The position numbers and the translations under genes are program-made. Shown here one piece after another: positions 23,567-34,033 of a stretch of DNA of 34,918 bases. This stretch comes from Eubacteriales Family XIII. Incertae Sedis bacterium (GTDB lineage Bacteria > Bacillota > Clostridia > Peptostreptococcales > Anaerovoracaceae): NCBI GenBank assembly GCA_031281765.1, contig JAITEX010000067.1, positions 1 to 34,918 of the forward strand, written 5' to 3'. Below the pieces are notes generated by a model, which saw nothing but the letters and a program-made list of their open reading frames with translations, had not been told where the DNA came from and did not search any database. Positions within the stretch are counted from its first letter, which is position 1, and every line of letters starts with the position of its first letter.

Positions 23567-25765
23567 TTGAGCATACTGAAATATCTATTTGAATCGAAAC
23601 GGACCGTAGTGACGCTTGTCGTCATCGTCGCCTTCCTTGCGGTGCAGGCAATCTGCGACCTGCTGCTACCGAATTACACGAGCGACATCGTTGATGTCGG
23701 CATTATGCAGGGCGGCATCGAGGACGCTGCGCCCCTTGAGATACGAAAGCAAAGCCTTGAGGACCTTGAACTTTTCATGCCGGAAGTGGATACGGACATC
23801 GTCTCCGGCGCCTACCGCGAGAGCAAGGACGGTAAGACGTATATCCTGAAAGATTCCGCGTCAAGCGCTGAGTCAATCGAAAAACTTGATGAGGTTTTCA
23901 AAGTCCCGATGACCCTGCTTGCGGCCGGCGAGCTGAATCAGGGCGATTCGCCGGCGGACGGCTCCGGCGCAGACACCCCAACCATCGACATTGACAAGCT
24001 GCGCGCGGGCTATGAGGCCGGCGCGGTCACGAAGGACCAGCTGCTCGAGATCCGCCGGAGCGCCGAAGAACAAATCGGCTCGCTCGGCGACCTGATGACG
24101 GATACGGCCGCCGTCTCCTATCTGCGGAATGAATACAAGGCGATGGGTAAGGACATGGAGGCTATCCAGACCGATTATATGAAGCGGGCCGGCGGGCGCA
24201 TGATACTCTTCACGCTCTGTTCCGCCCTCTCCGCCATTATCGTCTGCTTCCTCGCGAGCTATACGGCAGCGGGAATCTGCCGGGATCTGCGGCGCAAAAT
24301 GTACTTTAAGACCCTCGGGTTTTCGCTGCACGAAACGGACCACTTTACGGCGGCTTCCCTCATTACGCGAAGCACAAACGATATACAGCAGATACAGATG
24401 GCCCTCGTGCTCATCATGCGGATCGTCCTGTTCGCGCCCATTATGGCAATCGGCGGCATCATTATGGTGGCGGGTACGAAATCCGGCATGGGATGGATCG
24501 TCGTGGCGGCCGTGGCCTTCCTGCTCGTCGTTGTGATTGGCCTCGTTCGCATTACGATGCCGAAATTCAAGATGCTGCAGACCCTTATCGATAAGTTGAA
24601 TCTGATCAGCCGCGAAATATTGACGGGCCTGCCCGTGATCCGCGCGTTCTGCCGCGAGCATTATGAGACGGACCGCTTTGAAGGGGCAAACGGCGCGCTG
24701 ATGAAGACGCAGCTCTTTACGAACCGCGCCATGAGCATGATGTTCCCGTTTATGATGCTGACGATGAACGGTATCTCCATCACCGTCGTATGGTTCGGCG
24801 CGTCGGCCATCGACGCGGGGAACCTGCAGGTCGGGGATATGATGGCCTTTATCACCTACACGATCATGATCGTCATGGCCTTTATGATGATAAGCATGAT
24901 TTCTGTCTTCCTGCCGCGCGCAAATGTGGCTGCGGAGCGCGTGAACGAGGTACTCGCCATGCCGCAGTCCGTAACGGACAGACCGGAAACCGCGCTCGTC
25001 CACAAGACCGGTTGGACCGGCAAGGTCGCCTTCGACAAGGTGTCGTTCCGCTTCCCCGACGCGGAGGAGAACGTGCTGACCGGCATCAGCTTTACGGCAA
25101 ACCCCGGGGAAACCACCGCCATCATCGGCTCTACGGGTAGCGGCAAAACGACGCTCGTAAACCTCCTGCCGCGTATGTTCGACGTCACGTCCGGCAGCGT
25201 CAGTATCGACGGCGTGGATGTGCGCGATATAAGCCAGCACGATCTGCGCGACCTGCTCGGCGTCGTTCCGCAAAAGGGCGTGCTGTTCAGCGGCGACATC
25301 GCTTCGAACATCAAGTTCGCCGATGAAGACGGCATAACGGACGAGGCGATGGCGAGAGCCGCGGAAATCGCCCAGGCGACCGAGTTTATCGAGGCCAAGG
25401 ACGGCGGCTTTGCAAGCGCCATATCCCAGGGAGGCTCAAATGTTTCCGGCGGCCAGAAGCAGCGAATTTCGATAGCGCGGGCCATCGCGAAAGACCCGAA
25501 GATATTTATTTTCGACGACAGCTTCTCGGCGCTCGACTACCGGACGGACCGGTCTCTGCGCAAGGCGCTCGCGAAAGCGCTAGGGGACCGGACGGTCATT
25601 ATCGTCGCGCAACGCATTTCAACGATACTCGGCGCGAACAAAATCATCGTGCTCGACGAGGGGGAAATCGCGGGCATCGGGACGCACAAGGAACTGCTCG
25701 AGACCTGCGCGGTCTATCGCGAAATCGCCGTAAGCCAGCTCAGCGAACAGGAACTTGCGAGCTGA
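23567..25765 (+). CDS. ABC exporter, fused permease/ATPase half-transporter with a large TM1-TM2 insert
   Basis: Type-I exporter TMD plus an NBD (GSTGSGKTT, SGGQKQRISIARA, IFIFDDSFSALD). TTG start behind GAGGGAG. A ~170-aa hydrophilic segment lies between the first two hydrophobic helices. Confidence 0.9.
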   Translation: MSILKYLFESKRTVVTLVVIVAFLAVQAICDLLLPNYTSDIVDVGIMQGGIEDAAPLEIRKQSLEDLELFMPEVDTDIVSGAYRESKDGKTYILKDSASSAESIEKLDEVFKVPMTLLAAGELNQGDSPADGSGADTPTIDIDKLRAGYEAGAVTKDQLLEIRRSAEEQIGSLGDLMTDTAAVSYLRNEYKAMGKDMEAIQTDYMKRAGGRMILFTLCSALSAIIVCFLASYTAAGICRDLRRKMYFKTLGFSLHETDHFTAASLITRSTNDIQQIQMALVLIMRIVLFAPIMAIGGIIMVAGTKSGMGWIVVAAVAFLLVVVIGLVRITMPKFKMLQTLIDKLNLISREILTGLPVIRAFCREHYETDRFEGANGALMKTQLFTNRAMSMMFPFMMLTMNGISITVVWFGASAIDAGNLQVGDMMAFITYTIMIVMAFMMISMISVFLPRANVAAERVNEVLAMPQSVTDRPETALVHKTGWTGKVAFDKVSFRFPDAEENVLTGISFTANPGETTAIIGSTGSGKTTLVNLLPRMFDVTSGSVSIDGVDVRDISQHDLRDLLGVVPQKGVLFSGDIASNIKFADEDGITDEAMARAAEIAQATEFIEAKDGGFASAISQGGSNVSGGQKQRISIARAIAKDPKIFIFDDSFSALDYRTDRSLRKALAKALGDRTVIIVAQRISTILGANKIIVLDEGEIAGIGTHKELLETCAVYREIAVSQLSEQELAS

Positions 25766-25816
25766 CGGCGCACATAGTACGTAAAGCAAATAATTTGACG
25801 AATAGGAAATGAAACT

Positions 25817-27673
25817 ATGGCTGAATCACAGAAAATAAGACGCAAACGCCGCGGACCCGAGCGCGGGCCCGGCATGAACATGGCGCCCGTGGAAAAGGCA
25901 AAGGATTTCAAAGGCTCGATGAAAATGCTGCTGAAATATATGAGCCGCTACAAGGCGGCGCTTATCGTCGTGCTGCTCTTTGCCGCCTGCGGTACGGCAT
26001 TCAGCATCGTCGGCCCGAAGATACTCAGCAAGGCGATCACCGAGCTTTTCAACGGTCTCGTATCGAAGTATACGGAGGGCGGCAGCATCGATTTCCATAA
26101 GATTGGCGTCATCCTGCTCGGCCTGCTCGCTCTTTACTTAGTCTCCTCGCTTTTCATCGGGGTCCAGGGCTGGATCATGTCCTCCGTCACGCAGAAGACC
26201 GGGCTGCGCATGCGCAGTGAAATATCCGCGAAGATACACCGTATGCCGATGAAGTATTTCGAAGGGAACAGCGTCGGCGATATACTCTCACGCATTACAA
26301 ACGACGTGGATACGCTGATTCAGGGGCTGAACCAGAGCGTTACGATGCTTATCGTCAGCGTGACGACCATTATCGGCGTCATCATTATGATGCTGTCAAT
26401 CAGCCTGCTGATGACGGGCATCGTCTTCATTATCCTGCCCATATCGGTGCTGCTGATTGCCATCGTGATGAAGATCAGTCAAAAATATTTTCGCAGACAG
26501 CAGGATTACCTCGGTAAAATCAACGGCCAGGTGGAGGAAAGCGTCAGCGGCCTCACCATACTGAAGCTGTTCAATCACGAAGAGCGGTCAAAGGCGCAGT
26601 TCTCCGGGACGAACGACGTCCTCTTTGCGTCGGCGTGGAAGAGCCAATTCCTGTCCGGCCTTATGATACCTATCATGAACTTTATCGGCAACCTCGGCTA
26701 TGTGGGCGTCGCGATTTCGGGCGGCATACTCGCCTTCCGCGGCACGATTACGGTCGGCGATATACAGGCGTTCATCCAGTATGTGCGGAATTTCACGCAG
26801 CCGATTTCACAGCTTGCCCAAATCACAAATATGATGCAGAGCACCGCCGCCGCCGCCGAGCGCGTCTTCGAATTTCTCAGAGAAGAAGAGGAAACGGCGG
26901 ACGCGCCGGACGCCCTCGAGCTCACGGACGCGAGCGGGGAAATAGACTTCTATCACGTGAAATTCGGCTATACGCCCGAGAAAATCATCATACGGAACCT
27001 GACCGAAAACGTGAAACCGGGCATGACCGTTGCCATCGTCGGCCCGACGGGCGCGGGCAAGACGACCCTCGTGAAGCTGCTCATGCGGTTTTACGATGTA
27101 AGCGGAGGCAGCATTGAACTCGACGGCGCGGATATAAAGAAAATCAAACGCGCAAGCCTGCGGGAGCATTTCGGCATGGTGCTGCAGGACACGTGGCTGT
27201 TCAAGGGCACTATTATGGAGAATATCCGCTACGGGCGGCCCGGGGCGACGGACGAAGAGGTCATGGACGCCGCAAAGGCGGCCCATGTACACCGCTTTAT
27301 CAAGACGCAGGCCCACGGCTATGAGACGATGCTCTCCGAGGACGCAGAAAATATCTCGCAGGGCCAACGTCAGCTGCTCACGATAGCGCGCGCCATTCTC
27401 GCGGACCGTCCCGTATTGATTCTCGACGAGGCCACATCCAGCGTCGATACGCGGACTGAAGAACGCATACAGAAAGCCATGAAGAACCTTATCGAAGGGC
27501 GCACGAGCTTTGTCATCGCGCACCGGCTTTCGACGATACGCTACGCGGACCTGATACTCGTCATGCGCGAGGGCGACGTGGTGGAACAGGGGACGCACGA
27601 GGAACTGCTTGCCCGCGAAGGCTTCTATGCCGAACTGTACAACAGCCAATTCGATTCGCTGTCGGAAGCATAA
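25817..27673 (+). CDS. ABC exporter, fused permease/ATPase half-transporter (partner subunit)
   Basis: TMD plus an NBD (GPTGAGKTT, SQGQRQLLTIARA, ILILDEATSSVD). The basic N-terminus RRKRRGPERGPG is typical of the second subunit of heterodimeric multidrug-type exporters. Confidence 0.9.
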   Translation: MAESQKIRRKRRGPERGPGMNMAPVEKAKDFKGSMKMLLKYMSRYKAALIVVLLFAACGTAFSIVGPKILSKAITELFNGLVSKYTEGGSIDFHKIGVILLGLLALYLVSSLFIGVQGWIMSSVTQKTGLRMRSEISAKIHRMPMKYFEGNSVGDILSRITNDVDTLIQGLNQSVTMLIVSVTTIIGVIIMMLSISLLMTGIVFIILPISVLLIAIVMKISQKYFRRQQDYLGKINGQVEESVSGLTILKLFNHEERSKAQFSGTNDVLFASAWKSQFLSGLMIPIMNFIGNLGYVGVAISGGILAFRGTITVGDIQAFIQYVRNFTQPISQLAQITNMMQSTAAAAERVFEFLREEEETADAPDALELTDASGEIDFYHVKFGYTPEKIIIRNLTENVKPGMTVAIVGPTGAGKTTLVKLLMRFYDVSGGSIELDGADIKKIKRASLREHFGMVLQDTWLFKGTIMENIRYGRPGATDEEVMDAAKAAHVHRFIKTQAHGYETMLSEDAENISQGQRQLLTIARAILADRPVLILDEATSSVDTRTEERIQKAMKNLIEGRTSFVIAHRLSTIRYADLILVMREGDVVEQGTHEELLAREGFYAELYNSQFDSLSEA

Positions 27674-27701
27674 GGGATTTTCTTGTGATAGAATAAACAC
27701 T

Positions 27702-28241
27702 ATGATGAATACGAAAACGATTTTACTCGGGATCACCGGGGGTATTGCGGCCTACAAAGCGGCCGACATCGCGAACACGCTGACGAAAAAAGGCTATGCC
27801 GTGGACGCCGTCATGACGAAGAACGCGCGCGAGTTTATCACGCCGCTGACGATAGAGACGCTGACAAAACGGCGCGTCTATACGGACAGCTTCGAGCGCG
27901 CGCACGGCTTCGATGTGGAGCATATCGGGCTTGCGAAGGCGGCGGACCTCGTGCTGATTGCGCCGGCCACGGCGAATTTTATCGGCAAGGTTGCCGGCGG
28001 CATCGCGGACGACCTGCTGACGACCGTCGTCATGGCCGCACACAAAAAGCCGGTCGTTATCTGCCCGGCCATGAATACGGAAATGTACGAAAACCCCCTC
28101 GTCCTGGGGAATATTGAGAAGCTCGCGGCGCTCGGCTACCGTTTTATCGAGCCGCGCGAAGCGCTTTTAGCCTGCGGGGACCTCGGCAAAGGCGCCCTCG
28201 CCGACATTGATAGCATTATCAAATTTATAGAGTCTTTCTAA
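27702..28241 (+). CDS. coaC: Phosphopantothenoylcysteine decarboxylase (flavoprotein, monofunctional CoaC)
   Basis: ILLGITGGIAAYKAADIANTLTKKGYAV...IAPATANFIGKVAGGIADDLLTT...PAMNTEMY. ATG at 27702 preferred over 27609. Confidence 0.85.
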   Translation: MMNTKTILLGITGGIAAYKAADIANTLTKKGYAVDAVMTKNAREFITPLTIETLTKRRVYTDSFERAHGFDVEHIGLAKAADLVLIAPATANFIGKVAGGIADDLLTTVVMAAHKKPVVICPAMNTEMYENPLVLGNIEKLAALGYRFIEPREALLACGDLGKGALADIDSIIKFIESF

Positions 28242-28260
28242 AGATACATCCGGCGACGGG

Positions 28261-28282
28261 ATTGCGGCGCGAAGGCCGCAAT
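28261..28282. terminator. GC-rich hairpin between convergent coaC and coaB
   Basis: attgcggc-gcgaag-gccgcaat: an 8-bp perfect stem with no T-tract. Confidence 0.35.
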
Positions 28283-28302
28283 GACAGTGTAAATGACGTT
28301 TA

Positions 28303-29073
28303 TCAGGAAAAATTGCCGGTGACCGCGCTCACGATCAGTTCCGCGATGGCGTCTTTCCCCTCCGCCTCCGTATAGGCGCCCTCCTTATCGATAAGAAAGC
28401 CCGTGTGTTTTCCGGCGGTGACGGTGCGCATATCGTTCGCCAAAACGTAGTCGCAGTTATTCGCTTTCAGCGTGGACAGGCCCGTTTGCAAAAGCTCGTC
28501 CTGCGACGCATCCACGAGCAGCTTGAAGCCGACTATCACCGCCTCGGGCAAAAGCTCGCGCAACGCCCCGATGATTTTCGGCGTCCTCTCGAGTACGACC
28601 ACCAAATCGCTGTGGTCCGAGCGTATCTTTCCGCCGTCCTCTATCTGCGGCGCGTTCAGTATCAACTCCGCAAATGCTTCCTCCCGCGCATCGCCGGGCT
28701 CTCCCGGAAGCCCCGAACCGGACCGGCGCGCTTCCTCCGCTATGCGCTTTGCGAGCAAGGCGGAATCGGTGACGGTTTTCACGCGGTAATCGCTGACGGC
28801 CATAGCGTGAATCACCACATCTATCCGCCGCGACTCGCATATTTCCCGTATCGTCCATTCGAGCGCCGCCGTATCGTCGGCGATAAACGTTTCGGCGGGA
28901 AGCGTCGGCCTGACCGATTCCTTGCCGCACACGTATATTACCTCATGAGACTCGTCGCGCTCCTTGAAACGGTCCGCTATCATCGCGCCAAGCGTTCCCG
29001 TTCCCGTATTCGTTATAGCGCGCACCTCGTCTATCCTCTCGGTGGTGCCCCCGGATGTAATCAGTATATTCAT
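28303..29073 (-). CDS. coaB: Phosphopantothenate--cysteine ligase (monofunctional CoaB)
   Basis: MNILITSGGTTERIDEVRAITNTGTGTLGAMIA... and AMAVSDY...KI..D fit the DFP C-terminal-type ligase fold. Confidence 0.8.
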   Translation of the reverse strand: MNILITSGGTTERIDEVRAITNTGTGTLGAMIADRFKERDESHEVIYVCGKESVRPTLPAETFIADDTAALEWTIREICESRRIDVVIHAMAVSDYRVKTVTDSALLAKRIAEEARRSGSGLPGEPGDAREEAFAELILNAPQIEDGGKIRSDHSDLVVVLERTPKIIGALRELLPEAVIVGFKLLVDASQDELLQTGLSTLKANNCDYVLANDMRTVTAGKHTGFLIDKEGAYTEAEGKDAIAELIVSAVTGNFS

Positions 29074-29152
29074 GCTCTCTTCTTTCTCTTACCCATAGCC
29101 CGCAGGACGTCGTCGTAACCGTGCAAAATCCGCAATTCCCAGCAAAAAATCG

Positions 29153-29878
29153 TCAGAAAAACACCGCTTCAAACATCGTATAGAGCGCGTTTATTATCGG
29201 CGATATGACTCTTGACGGTATGTTGAGTATAATAAGGAACATAAGTATTGGGAACCCCATATTGTAGAGTTGGTCGTAAATCGGCTTGTTCCGCAAATCG
29301 AAAATCTCCGTGACGATGCCGAAGCCGTCGAGCGGCGGTACGGGCAGGAGATTGAATATCATCAGCACGAGGTTCATAAGCACGATGCCGCTCATCACAC
29401 GCACCGTATAATACAGCACGTCGTAGGGCAAGGTCGCGCCGAGCGTGACGAACAGGAGCTTCATCAGCCCCATAAACAGGAACGCCATCACAAAGTTCGT
29501 CGCGATGCCGGCCACGTCCGTGATAAGATTCGACCGGCGGGGATTTTTCCGGAACGCATAGGGGTTTACCTGTACGGGCTTGCCCCATCCGAACCCGATC
29601 AAAAGCAGCGCCACGAAGCCGATGGGGTCGATATGCCGGATCGGGTTCAGCGACACGCGCTTCTGGTATTTCGGCGTCATGTCGCCGAGCTTGTACGCGG
29701 CCAAAGCGTGCGCATACTCGTGTACCGTGATGCCGATAATGACGCCCGGTATAATAATAAGCATATTGATGATCCACCCGAGCGGGTCGCGAAAAAAGTC
29801 ATTGTCCATAATAGAGCGTACGGCAAGTATCACAATAAGCCCGACGCTGAATATATTGTTTCTGAAAAAGTTACTCAT
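29153..29878 (-). CDS. Site-2 protease family (peptidase M50) membrane metalloprotease
   Basis: HEYAHALAAYKLGD (HExxH) in a polytopic membrane protein. The ATG at 29878 (MSNFF) behind AAGGTGGA overlaps the upstream gene stop by 8 nt. Confidence 0.82.
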   Translation of the reverse strand: MSNFFRNNIFSVGLIVILAVRSIMDNDFFRDPLGWIINMLIIIPGVIIGITVHEYAHALAAYKLGDMTPKYQKRVSLNPIRHIDPIGFVALLLIGFGWGKPVQVNPYAFRKNPRRSNLITDVAGIATNFVMAFLFMGLMKLLFVTLGATLPYDVLYYTVRVMSGIVLMNLVLMIFNLLPVPPLDGFGIVTEIFDLRNKPIYDQLYNMGFPILMFLIILNIPSRVISPIINALYTMFEAVFF

Positions 29879-31205
29879 TTTGTCCACCTTCATTATTTTT
29901 ATGTTCAAGCGCGTAGAGGTGATCCACAAACCCCTTTGCGGTTCGTCCCGAGCGCCCTCCGTGCCGTATTTCCCACGTCAGCGCCGCCTCGTCAAGCTCC
30001 CCGCTTGATAGGGCAAGCCCTGCTCTGCCCGCAAGCCCGCGCACTATTCCTAAATACTCATTCTTGTCCGGCGCCTCGTATATGATGGTAAGCCCGAAGC
30101 GGTCGGCAAGCGATTTCTTTTCCTGCAGATTGTCGCGCAGATGCACATCGTCCTGTGTTTCGCGGTCTTTCCAGACCTCTTTCACGATATTCCGGCGATT
30201 CGAGGTGACGCACACGATCCAGTTTTTATTCGCGGCTTCAATGCGCCCCTCTATGGCCGATTTAAACGCCTTGTAGCCGTTTTCCCCCTCGTCGAATGAG
30301 AGGTCGTCAATAAAGACGATGAATTTCAGCCCGCGCCCGGAAATCAGGTCAATGGCCCCGGTAATCTCCGCGAGGCGCGCTTTCGGCAGGGAAATGAGTT
30401 TCAGCCCCCGATCCGCGAACACATTCAGCAGCGCTTTGACGGACGAGGATTTGCCCGTGCCGCTGTCTCCGTAAAGCAATACATTTGACGCAGGAAGCCC
30501 TGCGATAAGCAGCTCCGCATTTTCGATAAGCAGCGCTTTCTGCCGTTCATACCCGATCAGCGAATCCATCGTCACGCTCTCGTCATAGGGCGCAGGGGCA
30601 AGCGAGCCGTCCCACAGGAACGCGGCCGAAGCCGCGAATGTCCCCGAGCCGAACGCGCGGTAAGAGTCCGCGAGAAGCCGTACGCCCTCTTCTTCCGATT
30701 CGGCCGCGAACGCCGCGTGTATGCGCCGCAGGCGCTCCGCGCTCCGGCCCTCGCCGGGCGGCTGCCGTGAGCCCGCGATATTCTCAGCGCCCGCGCGTAT
30801 GCCCGTTTTCTTTTCAACGGCCTTCGCGAGAGCGCCAAAATCGATGTGGTAGAGGCGTTTGATTACCCGCAGTTCCTCCGCCGCAAGCTCCCATAACTGT
30901 TTGTCGTCCGCTCCGCGCTCCGCCAAACGGCTGAACGCGTTGTCCGCGGAACAGACGAGATCGGCGATATAGTCCTGCCAGACCGTTGCTCCTGAGCCGA
31001 GCGGCAGCCTGCCGCGGGCGTCGAGCAAACCTCTCTGCACCTCGTAATATGTGAGAGGCTCTATGCGGTCAAGAACCGGCTCTATCGGCGCCTTGCCGGA
31101 TTTGCTAGAGATAAACCACTGAAACAGAGCGCACGTCTTTCGGACGAGCGCTTCGTTTGCAAATTCGCTATAGAGTATGAGTTGGTCTATGCCTTTCTCG
31201 TTCAT
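29871..31205 (-). CDS. DUF815-type AAA ATPase with an extended N-terminal domain
   Basis: P-loop LLYGDSGTGKSSSVKALL and Walker B FIVFIDDLSF. The C-terminal ~290 aa resemble DUF815 ATP-binding proteins. Confidence 0.75.
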   Translation of the reverse strand: MNEKGIDQLILYSEFANEALVRKTCALFQWFISSKSGKAPIEPVLDRIEPLTYYEVQRGLLDARGRLPLGSGATVWQDYIADLVCSADNAFSRLAERGADDKQLWELAAEELRVIKRLYHIDFGALAKAVEKKTGIRAGAENIAGSRQPPGEGRSAERLRRIHAAFAAESEEEGVRLLADSYRAFGSGTFAASAAFLWDGSLAPAPYDESVTMDSLIGYERQKALLIENAELLIAGLPASNVLLYGDSGTGKSSSVKALLNVFADRGLKLISLPKARLAEITGAIDLISGRGLKFIVFIDDLSFDEGENGYKAFKSAIEGRIEAANKNWIVCVTSNRRNIVKEVWKDRETQDDVHLRDNLQEKKSLADRFGLTIIYEAPDKNEYLGIVRGLAGRAGLALSSGELDEAALTWEIRHGGRSGRTAKGFVDHLYALEHKNNEGGQNE

Positions 31206-31215
31206 CGGGCTCCCA

Positions 31216-32475
31216 TCAGTACGTGTCCACCGGCCTGTTGTACAGAGGATGTTTCTCCGTCAGGTCTTTCACGATTTCGCGCGCGCGCGCCGCCCACTGC
31301 TCGTCGCCGCCGTGGTTCAGCACCATAGCGATGGCATCGGCCGTACGCACCACATCCTCTTCCCTGAATCCGCGCGTGGTCAGCGCCGGCGTCCCGAGCC
31401 GGATACCGCTTGTGACAGCCGGGCCGTTCGGGTCATTGAGGACCGCGTTCTTATTTGTCGTAATATTTGCGTCGTCGAGCCAATGCTCGGCGTCCCGGCC
31501 CGTGATGCCCTTGCCGACGAGGTTGACGAGCACGAGATGATTGTCCGTCCCGTCGGACACGAGCTTGAACCCGTGCTTCATAAGCTCATCCGCAAGCACT
31601 TTCGCGTTCTTCACGATTTGCTGCTGATAGGTCACGAACTTCGGCTCCATGGCTTCCTTGAAGCAGATGGCCTTGCCCGCAATGACGTGCATGAGCGGCC
31701 CGCCCTGTATGCCCGGGAAAATGCCCTTGTCTATCTTCGGGCCGAATTCCTCTTTCGCGAAAATCACGCCGCCGCGCGGGCCGCGCAGGGTCTTGTGCGT
31801 GGTGCTCGTGACCACGTGCGCGTGCGGCACGGGATTCGGATGCTCTCCGGCCGCGACAAGCCCGGCGAAATGCGCCATATCGACGACCAAAAGCGCGCCG
31901 ACCTCGTCCGCAATTTCGCGGAATTTGTCCGCTTCGATTATGCGCGGATACGCGCTCGCCCCGGCCACAATCATCTTCGGTTGGTGCTCGTGCGCAAGCT
32001 GTCTCACCACCTCGTAATCTATCTTCTCCGTCGTTTCGTCAATGCCGTAGGGGACAAAATTGAAATACTTTCCGGAGATATTCGCTTTGCTGCCGTGCGT
32101 CAGGTGTCCGCCGTTGTTCAGGTCCATGCCGAGCACCGTGTCGCCGGGCTTCAGCAAGGCAAAATACACCGCGATGTTTGCGCTGCTGCCCGAATGCGGC
32201 TGTACGTTCGCGTATTCGGCGCCGAACAGTTCCTTGGCGCGCTCTATGGCGATGGCTTCCACCTCGTCCACGTGCTCGCAGCCGCCGTAGTACCGGCGCC
32301 CCGGATAGCCCTCTGCATACTTATTCGTAAGCGGGCTGCCGCACGCCTCCATGACGGCCGGCGTCGTGAAATTCTCGGACGCAATCATTTCGATTTTATG
32401 TTCCTGACGCGACATTTCGCGCCGTATCATATCCGCAACCTCTTTGTCCGCAATGTCGATATAGTTAAAATACAT
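31216..32475 (-). CDS. glyA: Serine hydroxymethyltransferase
   Basis: [36 protein letters not shown] and the PLP-Lys motif [27 protein letters not shown]. Confidence 0.95.
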   Translation of the reverse strand: MYFNYIDIADKEVADMIRREMSRQEHKIEMIASENFTTPAVMEACGSPLTNKYAEGYPGRRYYGGCEHVDEVEAIAIERAKELFGAEYANVQPHSGSSANIAVYFALLKPGDTVLGMDLNNGGHLTHGSKANISGKYFNFVPYGIDETTEKIDYEVVRQLAHEHQPKMIVAGASAYPRIIEADKFREIADEVGALLVVDMAHFAGLVAAGEHPNPVPHAHVVTSTTHKTLRGPRGGVIFAKEEFGPKIDKGIFPGIQGGPLMHVIAGKAICFKEAMEPKFVTYQQQIVKNAKVLADELMKHGFKLVSDGTDNHLVLVNLVGKGITGRDAEHWLDDANITTNKNAVLNDPNGPAVTSGIRLGTPALTTRGFREEDVVRTADAIAMVLNHGGDEQWAARAREIVKDLTEKHPLYNRPVDTY

Positions 32476-32504
32476 ACAGTTCCCTCCCGGCCTCTTGAAT
32501 TGAT

Positions 32505-33131
32505 TTACTTGATAAGCGCTATACCGCGCGCATATTTGCTGCGCGTCTCCGGGCTGATTCCGTATTTCTCCACAAGTTTGTTTCCTATCGCAATCAAATC
32601 GTCCCGGTTTCCCGAATATAACTCTACTTCGAGTTCATGTATCGGGGCTTTTGCATCGTCCGCAATAATTTCGCCCTCATCGAGCGATATTTCCATCAGG
32701 CTGCTGCCCGTATCAACACGGAATTTCCGGCGCGTGAACACCGTCTCGAATATATTGACGAGTTCTCCGCCGCCGAGCAGTTCGACCATCTTGCGGCCTT
32801 CTTCACTCTGCCGGAAGATAGTCGGGTCGGGCGCGAGAAAGCACGCCTTGTCCGTAACGGGTACGTTTATTTCCTCACGGACATAGAGGCCGCTTTCGTC
32901 GACATCCTTGTCGCCCCACTTCAGCGTGCCGACGACCCTGTTGCCCTCACGGCGTATGCGAAACGCGATCCGGTTCTCCGAAAGCAGCATATCCTTCGTA
33001 TCAAAGTACGCTGCCTTGATCGATATTTTCGCCCGGCTGCCGTTCTCTTCTATATCCGCAAACAGCTCGTCGTTCCATATCCGCTCCGCTTGCTCGCGGC
33101 TCGTTATTTTGTATTTAAGTTCTACTTCCAT
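32505..33131 (-). CDS. CYTH-domain protein (triphosphate tunnel metalloenzyme, CyaB/ThTPase-like)
   Basis: N-terminal EVELKY (ExExK signature). ATG at 33131 (MEVELKYKI) preferred over 33188. Confidence 0.75.
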   Translation of the reverse strand: MEVELKYKITSREQAERIWNDELFADIEENGSRAKISIKAAYFDTKDMLLSENRIAFRIRREGNRVVGTLKWGDKDVDESGLYVREEINVPVTDKACFLAPDPTIFRQSEEGRKMVELLGGGELVNIFETVFTRRKFRVDTGSSLMEISLDEGEIIADDAKAPIHELEVELYSGNRDDLIAIGNKLVEKYGISPETRSKYARGIALIK

Positions 33132-33224
33132 AATTACATCGTTTACGTGAGAGAAAGCGCATTCCGGCTTCCCCGCAAAAAGCTGCACATAATTATACCA
33201 TAATGAGCGGCCCCGTCACCGTTT

Positions 33225-33968
33225 TTATGGCGCGATTTTGAGTTTTTTCCCTGATTTGATAATAGATTCCTCTACGAGCACATCCATCGCGTCGACGAGT
33301 TTTCGCCCCCCGAAGAGGCCATAGTTCAAATCGCAGAGCACCGAGAGTTCCGTACACGCGACGATAAGCGCGTCGGCGCCCCGCGCGAGCAGCCGGTCCG
33401 CCACGGCGAGGAAGCCCGCCGTATCCGCGTCCGCTTCGTTTCCCGATTTAACATCGTCGTAGATTATTTTCATCAAGAGCGCCTGGTCCGCCTCATCCGG
33501 TATAATGGCTTCGAGTCCCTGCGCGGCGGCTATGCCCTGATAGAGTCCGGTCGTGACCGTGCCGGTGGTCGCGAGGATGCCGACGGCCCGCGCGTCCGGG
33601 TCGTTTCCGGTAATACGCCTTACGGCGGATTCGGCCATATTGATAACGGGAACCTCGACGCGGCTCTGCAGGTCATCAAAGAAACAATGCGACGTATTGC
33701 ACGGAATCGCGATAACGTCCGCGCCCGCTTCCTGAAGAAAACGCAGCCCGTCCGCGATGACGGGCCTCGGGTCCTCCTTCGATTCGCCAATCAGCCACGC
33801 CGTCCGGTCCGGAACCTTCGCGTGGTTCAGGCAGATATAGGTCACGTGTTCCTGATCCGTGCGCGCGTCTGTGCGCTTCGCGAGTTTAGTGACGAAGAAC
33901 GCCGTCGCAAGCGTCCCGACGCCACCGAGTATACCGAGTATTTTTTCGTGTTCATTATGTATATTCAT
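33225..33968 (-). CDS. Aspartate/glutamate racemase family protein
   Basis: ILGGVGTLAT, the two catalytic-Cys motifs IPCNTSH and VACTELS, and 247 aa length. Confidence 0.85.
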   Translation of the reverse strand: MNIHNEHEKILGILGGVGTLATAFFVTKLAKRTDARTDQEHVTYICLNHAKVPDRTAWLIGESKEDPRPVIADGLRFLQEAGADVIAIPCNTSHCFFDDLQSRVEVPVINMAESAVRRITGNDPDARAVGILATTGTVTTGLYQGIAAAQGLEAIIPDEADQALLMKIIYDDVKSGNEADADTAGFLAVADRLLARGADALIVACTELSVLCDLNYGLFGGRKLVDAMDVLVEESIIKSGKKLKIAP

Positions 33969-33974
33969 TAAAGG

Positions 33975-33983
33975 ATTATACCA
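33975..33983 (-). promoter_or_regulatory. Extended -10 (TGgTATAAT) only 6 nt upstream of the racemase ATG
   Basis: Minus strand reads TGGTATAAT-ccttta-ATG, with no RBS in between. Confidence 0.4.
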
Positions 33984-34033
33984 TAGCTACGGCTGAGACA
34001 ACAAAACCACCGGCCAGTTTCAAGACGCGCCAA

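Noticed and set aside
23873-25273. 466-aa minus-strand ORF
   Set aside because: It is antisense to the ABC exporter gene, which has unambiguous Walker and signature motifs. The ORF product is a His/Arg/Asp-rich nonsense sequence.
27702-29073. Convergent, separately encoded coaC and coaB as an unusual arrangement
   Set aside because: Monofunctional CoaB and CoaC are known in several Firmicutes. Nothing in the sequence beyond the orientation looks atypical.
31177-32886. 569-aa plus-strand ORF
   Set aside because: It is entirely antisense to glyA and the CYTH gene. The composition is Arg/Ala/His-rich and low-complexity, with no recognisable domain. This is a typical shadow ORF of GC-rich coding DNA.
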